Source: Ignavibacteriota bacterium (lineage in GTDB: Bacteria > Bacteroidota > Ignavibacteria > UBA10030 > BY39). Taken from it: a DNA stretch of 64,000 bases. Location: NCBI GenBank assembly GCA_003327435.1, contig QOQV01000005.1, forward strand, positions 21,222-85,221. The letters are read 5' to 3'. The position numbers and the translations under genes are program-made. The notes below the pieces were generated by a model. That model had not been told where the DNA came from. It saw only the letters and a list, made by a program, of their open reading frames with translations, and did not search any database. Of this stretch, positions 47,903 through 57,528 are shown one piece after another. Positions within the stretch are counted from its first letter, which is position 1; the number at the start of each line of letters is the position of its first letter.

Positions 47903-50689
47903 TTATTTTATTAGCAAAAACTTCCTTGTTTCTGAGAAGGTTTTCCCTACCCTTAATCTGTAGAAATAAACTCCGGAAGGGAGATTCAGGGCATCAAATC
48001 GTTCTCGATAAAAGCCAGGTTTTCTATAATCATTTAAAATTTCCCTTATTTCCTGCCCCAGAATATTGTAAATTTTTATATTTACCCAGCCCTCAAAAGG
48101 GATTTCATAACTGATTGTGGTACTGAAGTTAAATGGATTTGGATAGTTTTGATATAATTTTGGATTTTGATGGAAGAAAGGATTTGGTCCAAGTATCCCG
48201 GTAATGGTAGCAGGTTCGGTTGTTTTTATGATTGTTCCCGAAACTCCAGCAGAGATACCATAAGCTGAATTTAAAAAGTCAATTGCATAAAGATCATTCG
48301 AAATCGCAGTATACTGCGAATACCAGTTTTGTCCACCATCATTGGTAAAATAAATTTTCCCGTTCTCACCAGCAACATACAAATTATCTTCATCCATTAA
48401 ATATAAATCATACAACTTAATTTTTATTGGGATATTTATCAGGATCCAATCTACTCCACCGTTTGAGCTTTTAATTACAACACCACTATCGCCAGCAGCA
48501 AATATGATATTGTCATTTAAAATTTGTACACAATGTAGTTTAGCATTTATGCCTGAAAAGATTTCCTGAAACGATGAGGCGTTTCCTGAGCTAATGAATA
48601 TCTTTCCTCTATCTCCAACCAGAATAATTTCTCCATTTAAGAAACAATCAACATCAGTAATATTTATTGTAGAATCAACAATCATAATATTCCATGTATT
48701 CCCACTATCATTCGATGTTGCAAATAATCCATCATCTCCGATAATAAAAATATTCCCATCAGGATTTATTTTTACAGAATTTAATTTTGATGCAAAATTA
48801 AATTGTATTTTTTTCCAGCTTTCACCTTCATCTGTTGATTTAAAAATTGAGCCATGCTCTCCAACAGCGATTAAGTTATTAAGATTGTAATAAGAAAATT
48901 TATAAAATGGTAAATTCACACCAATCGATTTTTGTATCCAGCTATTTCCACCATCAAAAGATTTTAGAAATAAACCATCTTCACCGACCGCACAAATTCT
49001 CAACGAATCCAGGATTTTTACATCAAAAAGCTTTTGCCATAATGAGGTTGGTTTTATGAACCATTTTTGTGTGTAATTTTCCGGAATTGCGGCTGTAAAA
49101 TATTTATCCCACCCCACCATACCATCCGTGATATTTTCAATCGTTATAAAGTTACCGTAGGTATTTAGCTTGCTTTGCAGGATCTCAATGTTGTTACCAT
49201 TATAATATACTGTTTTCAAAAGATGTTCGTCCTGAACACCTTTACCGACTTCAGTGTAATTTGTGTAAATATCCTGATACATAAATTGTAATTTTGCATT
49301 AAATATCGCATTTTCAGGATATGGAATTATTTTCAAGAATCGTTTGATATACCTTTCTGAGATGTCATTGGAAAAGCATGGTGGTATCGAATCAGGATAT
49401 GCATATATTGTGATGCTATCAAGATTTTGGAAGTATTTAAACCACATTGTTGCAATTGTTCGCCCATCATAAGTTACAAAATGATATGGTATATTTGTTT
49501 GTGTGATCGGTAATGTAACTATATTGTAAATTCCTGATGGTTCATTTATAAAAGTTTTATAAAGATAATTTCTTCTGACTGTGACATAATACTTAAGAGC
49601 TTCAATATGTTCATTAAAATCATTAACAGTACCCCACTTATAAAAATCATTAGCAACTTCTGTCTCTATTATATTTGCAATACTATCTATTTTATGTTGG
49701 TATCTTACTTCTGTAAAAATTGAATCAAGTGTGCGTTTTAAATACAATCTAAATCTTTCACGAAGTTCAGGATTCGACATCCAGCGATCTTTAAGTACAT
49801 TCGATGGACCTGAAAGCGGTGGGAATGTATATGAAAAACCATCATTTAAAAGATCAGCTGGAAATGGAATTGATGGATCCCCATTTCTGCCAAAAGACAA
49901 ATCATAATCCCACGGAATTATTATCCATTGTTGAGTGCTTCTTGTGGTGTCGCGATATAAATTATAATTTTTATTGTAACTATCGCCCATCATTGTTATA
50001 GTATTTACCGTAAACCAATTCAACACACTTAATGTATCAAAAAGCTGAGTTACAACCTCTTCAAATTTTTCATCAGGTGTATTATTTAGAATTGAAATTA
50101 ATTCCTTTAAATCAGAATAACCTGAGCCAATGCCAAGGTCATAATAAAGTGCAAGTAAGCTATCAGGTTGTGGTGTGAGGTCAGCCATTGTGTAAGTATC
50201 ACTGGCTTCATAAAGCGGAGCGGGAGTAAAACCTCGATTAATTAGAAAGTACTTATCAACTTTATCTAAAACTACAAAAAGGCCCTTTGGATTATTATTT
50301 ATAGTAAGTTTAGCGTGATAACAAAAGGGTGCGAGTGCATTTAAATCAGCGAACAAATCCCAGGCAAGCTTCTCCCTCATCATCGATTTATCCGTATACA
50401 TTGCGTTAAAATTCAAATCTCTAATTCCGTTATAAAGTTGTGTTGTGGACATTCTGATTCGGTACGATTTTTTAGGAAAATAACGGGTGGAGTGCCCTTT
50501 GAAACGAATCTTAGAAGTTGGATAAATAGTATCGTTAGCATTAAAAATTGCATTCAAATAAACATCGCTCCAGATACTTCGTGTATAAAGCGACTCATAA
50601 TCAGCTGAAGTCATCGTGACTTTGTAATCTGGTAATTGAGAAAAGAGTGGATAATGGAGCAAAAAAAATAATAGAAATTTCTTTTTCAT
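47903..50689 (-). CDS. CotH kinase family protein with YCF48/BNR-like propeller and T9SS CTD
   Basis: RFKGHSTR..PKKSY, DKSMMREKLA, KNYNLY, IPWDYDLSFG; repeated VG..G...KS.DGG.SW; QNYPNPFN. Confidence 0.9.
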   Translation of the reverse strand: MKKKFLLFFLLHYPLFSQLPDYKVTMTSADYESLYTRSIWSDVYLNAIFNANDTIYPTSKIRFKGHSTRYFPKKSYRIRMSTTQLYNGIRDLNFNAMYTDKSMMREKLAWDLFADLNALAPFCYHAKLTINNNPKGLFVVLDKVDKYFLINRGFTPAPLYEASDTYTMADLTPQPDSLLALYYDLGIGSGYSDLKELISILNNTPDEKFEEVVTQLFDTLSVLNWFTVNTITMMGDSYNKNYNLYRDTTRSTQQWIIIPWDYDLSFGRNGDPSIPFPADLLNDGFSYTFPPLSGPSNVLKDRWMSNPELRERFRLYLKRTLDSIFTEVRYQHKIDSIANIIETEVANDFYKWGTVNDFNEHIEALKYYVTVRRNYLYKTFINEPSGIYNIVTLPITQTNIPYHFVTYDGRTIATMWFKYFQNLDSITIYAYPDSIPPCFSNDISERYIKRFLKIIPYPENAIFNAKLQFMYQDIYTNYTEVGKGVQDEHLLKTVYYNGNNIEILQSKLNTYGNFITIENITDGMVGWDKYFTAAIPENYTQKWFIKPTSLWQKLFDVKILDSLRICAVGEDGLFLKSFDGGNSWIQKSIGVNLPFYKFSYYNLNNLIAVGEHGSIFKSTDEGESWKKIQFNFASKLNSVKINPDGNIFIIGDDGLFATSNDSGNTWNIMIVDSTINITDVDCFLNGEIILVGDRGKIFISSGNASSFQEIFSGINAKLHCVQILNDNIIFAAGDSGVVIKSSNGGVDWILINIPIKIKLYDLYLMDEDNLYVAGENGKIYFTNDGGQNWYSQYTAISNDLYAIDFLNSAYGISAGVSGTIIKTTEPATITGILGPNPFFHQNPKLYQNYPNPFNFSTTISYEIPFEGWVNIKIYNILGQEIREILNDYRKPGFYRERFDALNLPSGVYFYRLRVGKTFSETRKFLLIK

Positions 50690-50696
50690 TTAGAAA

Positions 50697-52040
50697 TTAT
50701 TTTATTCTTTTAATAAGTTTTTTTAGCTCAATTTTCGATTTATGCAGAACCGATTCTTCGTCTATGGACACAAATTCTTTCTTACGATAAACCCATTTAC
50801 CGTCGATCATCACTGAATCAACATTTGCAGGACTTGCTGAATAAACAATAGAGGAATAAATATCATTATCATTATTTCGTAGTAAAGGATTTGAGGTATC
50901 TTCAAGATTTAAAAGAACAATATCAGCTTTCTTACCAGCTTCTATGCTTCCCACTTCGTTTGCGATCCCCAATGCTCGAGCACCATCGATTGTTGCCATC
51001 TGGAAAATTTTTTTAACAGGCATTGCTTTGGGACCGTGAATTGGTTTCTGAATCAATCCTGCAAGTCGCATCTCCTGAAACATATTCAAATTATTATTGC
51101 AAGGAGCTCCATCTGCACCAAGTGAAACTGAAATACCTTCTTTCAGATAAAGTGGAATATTAGCTATGCCTGAACCCAATTTCAGATTTGAACTTGGACA
51201 ATGAGCAATATGTGCTTTTCTGTCGCGCATTATTTTTATTTCTTTTTCACTCAAATGTATACAATGGGCAAGCACAGATTTTTCGGAAATTACACCTAAA
51301 TGATTTAGATACTCGACATTATTCATCTTACATCTTTTCCGAACTGCTTCGAGTTCGCCCCTGTTTTCAGATGCATGAGTATGAAAAAGCATTCCATCAA
51401 AATCCTGCAACATTTCGTGCGCTTCGATCATACATCTATCTGTACAGGAGAGAATGAATCTGGGAGCGGGTGCATACTTTACTCTGCCGTTAAAAGAGTT
51501 ATGATATTTTTCAGCCAGTTCTCTTGTGGATTTTATAGCAGAACTTGTTGGTTCTTTTAGTTTTGAATAAGCGTTGTTAATATCCATCATTGCTTTGCCG
51601 GTAAAAGCGCGGAAGTTAGTTTCGGCGATTGCTTTAATAATTTCTTCGTGATGATTTACGCTTCCCATATCTAGAATTGTTGTGGTTCCGCTTTTAACTA
51701 ACTCGGTGATACCTAACAATGCCGAATAGTAGATAGATTTTTCGTTGTGAGCTGCTTCGAGCGGAAAGATTTTTAACTTGAGCCAATCGAGGAGTTCCAT
51801 ATCTTCAGCCATACCGCGAAAGAGTGTCTGGCAGAGATGGATATGAGTTTGGATAAAGCCGGGGATTGCGATGCAGTTCTTAGCATCAAATATTTGGTAT
51901 TTTTTGTTATCAATGAGATTGAGGTCTCGAGCATTTAGAATTTTTCTAATGTAGTTATCTTCGATTAAGATACCTGCATTTTCGATCAGTTCGGGGTTTG
52001 AGTTTGTGATTATTTTATCTACTAAAATCAGTTTAAGCAT
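50697..52040 (-). CDS. Metal-dependent amidohydrolase (5'-deoxyadenosine / MTA-SAH deaminase family)
   Basis: PGFIQTHIHLCQ, HTHASE, AHCPSSNLKLGSG, GADGAPCNN, GSIEAGKKADIV. Confidence 0.88.
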   Translation of the reverse strand: MLKLILVDKIITNSNPELIENAGILIEDNYIRKILNARDLNLIDNKKYQIFDAKNCIAIPGFIQTHIHLCQTLFRGMAEDMELLDWLKLKIFPLEAAHNEKSIYYSALLGITELVKSGTTTILDMGSVNHHEEIIKAIAETNFRAFTGKAMMDINNAYSKLKEPTSSAIKSTRELAEKYHNSFNGRVKYAPAPRFILSCTDRCMIEAHEMLQDFDGMLFHTHASENRGELEAVRKRCKMNNVEYLNHLGVISEKSVLAHCIHLSEKEIKIMRDRKAHIAHCPSSNLKLGSGIANIPLYLKEGISVSLGADGAPCNNNLNMFQEMRLAGLIQKPIHGPKAMPVKKIFQMATIDGARALGIANEVGSIEAGKKADIVLLNLEDTSNPLLRNNDNDIYSSIVYSASPANVDSVMIDGKWVYRKKEFVSIDEESVLHKSKIELKKLIKRIK

Positions 52041-52128
52041 AGAAGTACCTAATTATTAAGCAAGCGGTATAAAAGATAGAAATTATTTATGAGGAAAGCA
52101 AGAAATTTGTTTTTTGGGGTAAATTTAG

Positions 52129-52202
52129 CACACCCGGAGGGAGTCGAACCCCCAACCCTCAGATCCGAAGTCTGATGCTCTATCCAGTTGAGCTACGGGT
52201 GC
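52129..52202 (-). tRNA. tRNA-Arg(TCG), CCA not encoded
   Basis: GCACCCGTAGCTCAACTGGATAGAGCATCAGACTTCGGATCTGAGGGTTGGGGGTTCGACTCCCTCCGGGTGTG; anticodon loop CT-TCG-GA. Confidence 0.95.
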
Positions 52203-52228
52203 GTTGTAAAAGCTAAAAAAGCTATTGA

Positions 52229-52257
52229 AATTTAAGAAAATTATAGGAACATTGCAA
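52229..52257 (-). promoter_or_regulatory. Putative sigma70 promoter for tRNA-Arg
   Basis: TTGCAA-17 nt-TAAATT, 26 nt upstream of the tRNA. Confidence 0.55.
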
Positions 52258-52455
52258 TAATGAAGTAGTTATATAATTAATTTTGTGTAAATTGCTTGTA
52301 CAAAGATAAACCGTTTTTTTAAATTCTTGATTTGATAAATTTTAAATCTATATGATTATTATTACCCACCTCTCTCAACTTGATTTTTTATAAAATTTAA
52401 CTAATATTAAAAACAAATATATTAAAATTACTAAATATTTTAAGAGGAAGAAATT

Positions 52456-53016
52456 ATGAAAGCAAACCTCGAGTTTTCTAAATCTGAATTATTACAGGCA
52501 TTTAAATCTCTAAAAATTGCTCTCCCTAAAAAGAAAGATGAAGCAGCGGCAATAAGATTAGAAATCGATGTTTTTTCTGATACAGCTAAATTAAGTCTTA
52601 TTGGGGCATCTTACACAATTAATTGTAAATCTAACAACTATCTAAAAATAGTAGTCCATTATTTATATTTTACGGAACTGGTAAGAAATTCAAAATCTGA
52701 TAATATACAAATAATAATCGAAGATGACAAAGTATTTGTCGGCTCGATAATGGTCCTCTCACCAATATTTAAAGTTTGCCATCCAGAAGAACAAGGGGAT
52801 GTTGATTTGTCAATCAATTATTCTAAAATAGATTTACTGAGGTTACGAAAAAATTTAACGCTAGAAGAACTTGAAACCATGAATCTGCTTAAGAAAATTA
52901 CTGAGGTTGAAGAATTATTACATACAAATCTAAAAAAAGCTGAACTTTTACTCAAGGACTTTGGAGTAAATTATAAGGATTTAAAAAATTTGGTTACGAG
53001 TAAAATAAATGGTTGA
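52456..53016 (+). CDS. Hypothetical protein (186 aa)
   Basis: Stand-alone ORF with GAGGA upstream of the ATG; no confident family. Confidence 0.75.
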   Translation: MKANLEFSKSELLQAFKSLKIALPKKKDEAAAIRLEIDVFSDTAKLSLIGASYTINCKSNNYLKIVVHYLYFTELVRNSKSDNIQIIIEDDKVFVGSIMVLSPIFKVCHPEEQGDVDLSINYSKIDLLRLRKNLTLEELETMNLLKKITEVEELLHTNLKKAELLLKDFGVNYKDLKNLVTSKING

Positions 53017-53108
53017 AAGAAAATGTTTACAAATACCTGGGGATGAGTTAGAAAAGAAGAAGGTATACATTAAAGGCACTTTATAAATAAAAGACATATT
53101 AAAATAAT

Positions 53109-54350
53109 CTACTCAATCATATGTATCACAAGTCCATCCCTCAGTTTGGGTTCGAACCAGGTGGATTTTGGAGGCATTATCTTGCCAGCATCTGCCACTG
53201 CAATCAGCTCCTCTATTGAAGTCGGATACAATGCAAATGCAACTTTCATCTCACCCGAATTGACTCGTCGCTCAAGCTCCTCCAATCCACGAATTCCACC
53301 AACAAAATCTATCCTCTTATCAGTTCGTGGGTCTTTTATTCCAAGTATTAAATCAAGTACATAATTCTGTAGAATCGAAACATCTAACTTCGAAATCAAA
53401 TCCTCACCTACCTTCAAATTCTTTGATACGCACAAGTGATACCAGTCACCTTCAAGATACATTGTGAACTCACCTTTACCTGCCGGTTTCATCTTCTGTT
53501 CTAATTTTCTGACTTCAAAATTTTCTTTCAACTCATTCAAGAACTCTTCCTTCGTTCTACCATTCAGGTCTTTCACAACACGATTATAATCTAATATTTT
53601 AAGTTGATTGTGTGGGAAACAAACTGCAAGGAAATAATTATACTCTTCCTCACCTGTATGATTTGGATTTTTTTTCATCATCTCCTGCGCAACTCTCACA
53701 GCTGATGCAGAACGATGATGACCATCAGCAACATATAAAGCTGGAATACTTTTAAATATTTCAACCAAATCGTTTACATCTTTTCGATTCGAAATTACCC
53801 AGAATTTGTGTACAACACCATCCGATGCAATAAAATCATAAACAGGTTTCTGTTGAATAATTTTTGAAACAATTTCGTCTACAGAAGAAGATGCTTTATA
53901 AGTTAAAAAGATTGGTCCGGTATGAGCATTTGTGTATAAAATGTGTTTCGTTCTATCATCTTCTTTATCTTTGCGTGTGAGTTCGTGTTTTTTAATTTTA
54001 TCATTTAAATATTCCTGAACAGAAACACACCCCACAATCCCATATTGAGTGTGATTATTCATAGTTTGGGAGTAGATGTAAAGATAAGGTTCGGGATCCT
54101 TCCTGAATATTCCTTTTGTGAGAAACCTTTCTAAATTTTCTTTTGCCTTCTCATAAACGCGAATATCATATATGTTTATTGTGGGATCCAGATCAATTTC
54201 TGGTTTACCAACATGCAAGAAACTGAGCGGATGACCTTCAGCTTCTTTTCGAGCTTCATCTGAAGAGAGTACATCATAGGGTTTGGCTGCAACTTCAGCT
54301 ACAAATTCCGGTAGTGGTCGCCAGCCACAGAAAGGTCTTAGTATTGCCAT
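53109..54350 (-). CDS. DUF1015 family protein (ParB/Srx-like)
   Basis: PYDV, IKKHELTR..KEDDR, YVADGHHRSASA, MPPKSTWFEPKLRDGL. Confidence 0.92.
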   Translation of the reverse strand: MAILRPFCGWRPLPEFVAEVAAKPYDVLSSDEARKEAEGHPLSFLHVGKPEIDLDPTINIYDIRVYEKAKENLERFLTKGIFRKDPEPYLYIYSQTMNNHTQYGIVGCVSVQEYLNDKIKKHELTRKDKEDDRTKHILYTNAHTGPIFLTYKASSSVDEIVSKIIQQKPVYDFIASDGVVHKFWVISNRKDVNDLVEIFKSIPALYVADGHHRSASAVRVAQEMMKKNPNHTGEEEYNYFLAVCFPHNQLKILDYNRVVKDLNGRTKEEFLNELKENFEVRKLEQKMKPAGKGEFTMYLEGDWYHLCVSKNLKVGEDLISKLDVSILQNYVLDLILGIKDPRTDKRIDFVGGIRGLEELERRVNSGEMKVAFALYPTSIEELIAVADAGKIMPPKSTWFEPKLRDGLVIHMIE

Positions 54351-54361
54351 ACATTACCTGT

Positions 54362-55267
54362 CTATTTAAGTGCGTTAATTACTTTTTGTGCAATTTCTTC
54401 GCCAACTCTTTCCTGTGCTTCTACAGTAGATGCACCAATATGTGGAGTTGCTGAAACATTTGGGTGATTGAGTAACTCTTTTTGAGCTTCCGTTGGTGGT
54501 TCGTTCTCAAACACATCAATACCTGCAGCTGCAACCTTACCACTCTTTAATGCCTCAAGCAAATCTTTCTCTGAAATCACACCACCTCTTGCACAATTGA
54601 TCAAGATGACACCTTTTTTCATCATATCAAATTCTTTTTTTGTAATCACCGCACCAACTTTTTTATCGTAAGGTATATGAAGTGTGATAATATCCGATTG
54701 AGTTAAAACTTCTTCCTGTGAAGTTAGTTTAACCTGCAGGTCGGTTTGTTTTACTATTGGATCATAAGCAATGACTTTCATTCCAAGGCCAATTGCTCGT
54801 TTTGCGACTTCCCTACCAATATTGCCAAGGCCAAAAATTCCTAATGTTTTACCGGTAAGTTCAATACCTTTTGAATATTCTTTCTTGGGCCATTTCAGGT
54901 TTCTCATTTCTGAAGTTGAAACATGCAGGAAGCGGCATAGAGCAAACATATGAGCAATTGCAAGTTCCGCAACTGAAATAGCTGAAGCACCTGGTGTATT
55001 AAGAACTTTTATTCCCTTACTTTCAGCGTAAGCAACATCAATGTTGTCAAGTCCAACTCCACCACGGGCAATTACTTTTAAATTTTTGCCTGCATCAATA
55101 ACTTCTTTTGTAACTTTTGTTGCGGAGCGAACAATAATTGCATCATAATTCGGAATTTCTTTCAATAATTCTTCGGGAGTAAATTTTTTATCTACAACAT
55201 TATGACCAGCTTCTGTTAATATTTTTTTCCCAATATCTTCAATACCGTCACTGACTAAGATATTCAT
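54362..55267 (-). CDS. serA: D-3-phosphoglycerate dehydrogenase, short form without ACT domain
   Basis: VRSATKV, RGGVGLDNID, GIFGLGNIG, INCARGG, TPHIGAST.EAQ; context with DUF1015 and an aminotransferase. Confidence 0.82.
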   Translation of the reverse strand: MNILVSDGIEDIGKKILTEAGHNVVDKKFTPEELLKEIPNYDAIIVRSATKVTKEVIDAGKNLKVIARGGVGLDNIDVAYAESKGIKVLNTPGASAISVAELAIAHMFALCRFLHVSTSEMRNLKWPKKEYSKGIELTGKTLGIFGLGNIGREVAKRAIGLGMKVIAYDPIVKQTDLQVKLTSQEEVLTQSDIITLHIPYDKKVGAVITKKEFDMMKKGVILINCARGGVISEKDLLEALKSGKVAAAGIDVFENEPPTEAQKELLNHPNVSATPHIGASTVEAQERVGEEIAQKVINALK

Positions 55268-55274
55268 AACGACC

Positions 55275-56351
55275 TCACTTTAAGTTTGGTAATATTTTTT
55301 CAATTGCCTGTGTAACTTCTTTTAAATCGTTTAGAGTTAATTCACCCATATGAGCAATTCTGAATGTTTTTTCTTTTAGATCTCCATAGCCGTTTGAGAT
55401 TTGCATTCCTAACTTACCCAATTCCGAGTTAAGGTTTGCAACAGAGATACCTTTTGTGTTTGTAATTGTGGTTAAGGTTACGGAAGCGTATTTTTCTACT
55501 GGAAATAGTGCGAAGTGTTCTTTTGCCCAGGCGCGGGTATATTCAGCCATCTCCTGATGCCTCTTGAATCTATTTTCCATACCCTCAGCAATAATTCTAT
55601 CAAGCTGATAATTCATTGCAAACATATGCGAGAGTGAAGGTGTAAAAGCATATTGGTGATCTTTTGTTTCGATGTATTTATAAAGTTCGAGCAAATCGAG
55701 ATACATACCCCGATGTTTTACATTCTTTCCATATTCAAGTGCACGAGGAGTTATCGAACATATTGCCATACCAGGTGGTAGTGCAAGGCATTTTTGTGTT
55801 GAAGTGATGCACACATCAATTCCCAATTTATCGACTTCTATTTTTGCTCCTGCAAGCGAGCTTACAGCATCAACGAGCCAGAGAACATCAGGATATTTTC
55901 TTTTGACTTCAGCAATTTCTTCGAGATTGTTCATCACGCCTGTGCTGGTTTCGTTGTGTGTGATAGTCATTACATCGTATTTACCAGTTGAGAGATATTT
56001 ATCGACTATCTCTGGAGTAGTGGGATGACCTGGTTCTGCTTCGTGTTTATCGGCTGGGATTCCGTTTGCTTCAGCCATTTTGAACCAGCGGTTGCCAAAT
56101 GCACCAACTGAAAAAACAACGGCTCGTTTTGCTGTCAACGAACGAATTGAGCCCTCCATTAATCCAGAACCCGAACTTGTAGATAGCAAAATCGGGTTTT
56201 GTGTAAACATTACTTTTCGTAATTTTTCAGTAATCTCCCGCTGCAAATTTGATGCATCTTTGGTTCTATGACCAATCATAGGTGTAGCCATTTTAGCTAA
56301 AACCTCTGGGGCTACTTCTGTTGGACCAGGGATAAAAAGTTTTTTATGCAT
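55275..56351 (-). CDS. Class V PLP aminotransferase (serine-pyruvate/alanine-glyoxylate type; probable SerC substitute)
   Basis: LFIPGPT, HNETSTG, VDAVSS, TSTQKCLALPPG, FRIAHMG. Confidence 0.88.
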   Translation of the reverse strand: MHKKLFIPGPTEVAPEVLAKMATPMIGHRTKDASNLQREITEKLRKVMFTQNPILLSTSSGSGLMEGSIRSLTAKRAVVFSVGAFGNRWFKMAEANGIPADKHEAEPGHPTTPEIVDKYLSTGKYDVMTITHNETSTGVMNNLEEIAEVKRKYPDVLWLVDAVSSLAGAKIEVDKLGIDVCITSTQKCLALPPGMAICSITPRALEYGKNVKHRGMYLDLLELYKYIETKDHQYAFTPSLSHMFAMNYQLDRIIAEGMENRFKRHQEMAEYTRAWAKEHFALFPVEKYASVTLTTITNTKGISVANLNSELGKLGMQISNGYGDLKEKTFRIAHMGELTLNDLKEVTQAIEKILPNLK

Positions 56352-56576
56352 ATGGTATTAATCCTTTCTTTTATGTTAATGGTTAGTGATTTTTCGATTT
56401 AAGAACGGGGGATTTGAACAATTGCCGCTATTTTTTATTAATTACTGGGATATTTTACTTAATTTTTTGAAGATTTCCAAATAATTAAAGAGATTTGATT
56501 TAGTAAGTTTTTCGAATAATTGACAAGTAAAAAACCTGAATTATTGTAAACGACATAGATTATTCTCCTTCATATA

Positions 56577-57527
56577 TTATCCAATCCACTGATTTAAGAT
56601 TTTTAAATCGACATTCCCTCCCGATATTATCGCACAAACATTTTTATTTTTTAAAGATAACACATTTTTCAATAAAGCGGCTGATGCAACTGCGCCTGTG
56701 GGTTCTACAACAATTTTCATCCTCTCCAGAAAGAATTTCATCATTTCAATCACATCATCATCTTTAACTGTGACAATATCATCAACATATTTCATTATAA
56801 TCTCAAAATTCCTCCTGCCAACTGAAAGCGTTCTCATTCCATCTGCAATCGTGTTCGTGGAATTAAGTTTTACCAATTCCTTCTTCTTGAAAGATTGATA
56901 ACAATCGTTAGCATCTTCAGTTTCAACTCCAATCACTTTTGTGTTTGGAGAAATAGACCTTGTTACAATACTGCACCCGGAAATCAACCCCCCACCACCG
57001 ACTGGTATAAAAATGTAATCTAAATCTTTTAATTCATCAAAAATTTCCAGTGCAACCGTTCCCTGACCTGCAATAATAAAATCATCATCGTAAGGGTGTA
57101 CAAAAGTATATCCATACTTATCAATGAGTTCCTGAGTGGCTTTTTCTCTGTCGTCGGTAGTTTCTCCGCAAAAAATTACCTCAGCACAGTATGATTTCAC
57201 GGCTTCAACTTTTTTCTGCGTTGAATTTGAAGGCATTACAACATAAGCTCTTGTGTTCAAAATTTTGCAGGAGAGTGCCACACCCTGAGCATGATTTCCT
57301 GATGAATGTGTAATAATACCAACTTTTCTTTCTTTTTCATTAAGAGATGAGATTTTATTATAAGCTCCCCTAATTTTAAAAGCACCAATTTTCTGAAAGT
57401 TTTCCGATTTAAAGAAAACATTTAAACCAGTTAAATCATTAAATGTACTTGAGGTTAATATTGGAGTTTTATGAGCAACATTTTTAATTCTGCTTTGAGC
57501 AATCAGGATATCATTCAATGTTACCAT
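56577..57527 (-). CDS. Serine/threonine dehydratase or serine racemase-like PLP enzyme (no regulatory domain)
   Basis: KSENFQKIGAFKIRGA, SSGNHAQG, PVGGGGLISG, VEPTGA, SGGNVD. Confidence 0.9.
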   Translation of the reverse strand: MVTLNDILIAQSRIKNVAHKTPILTSSTFNDLTGLNVFFKSENFQKIGAFKIRGAYNKISSLNEKERKVGIITHSSGNHAQGVALSCKILNTRAYVVMPSNSTQKKVEAVKSYCAEVIFCGETTDDREKATQELIDKYGYTFVHPYDDDFIIAGQGTVALEIFDELKDLDYIFIPVGGGGLISGCSIVTRSISPNTKVIGVETEDANDCYQSFKKKELVKLNSTNTIADGMRTLSVGRRNFEIIMKYVDDIVTVKDDDVIEMMKFFLERMKIVVEPTGAVASAALLKNVLSLKNKNVCAIISGGNVDLKILNQWIG

Positions 57528-57528
57528 T

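Noticed and set aside
52129-53108. Integrative element at tRNA-Arg
   Set aside because: No integrase and no duplicated tRNA end was seen; the orphan gene lies on the 5' side of the tRNA.
56352-56576. Riboswitch in the leader of the aminotransferase-serA operon
   Set aside because: A plausible TTGGAA-17-TAAAAT promoter is present, but no glycine, preQ1 or T-box consensus could be matched by eye.
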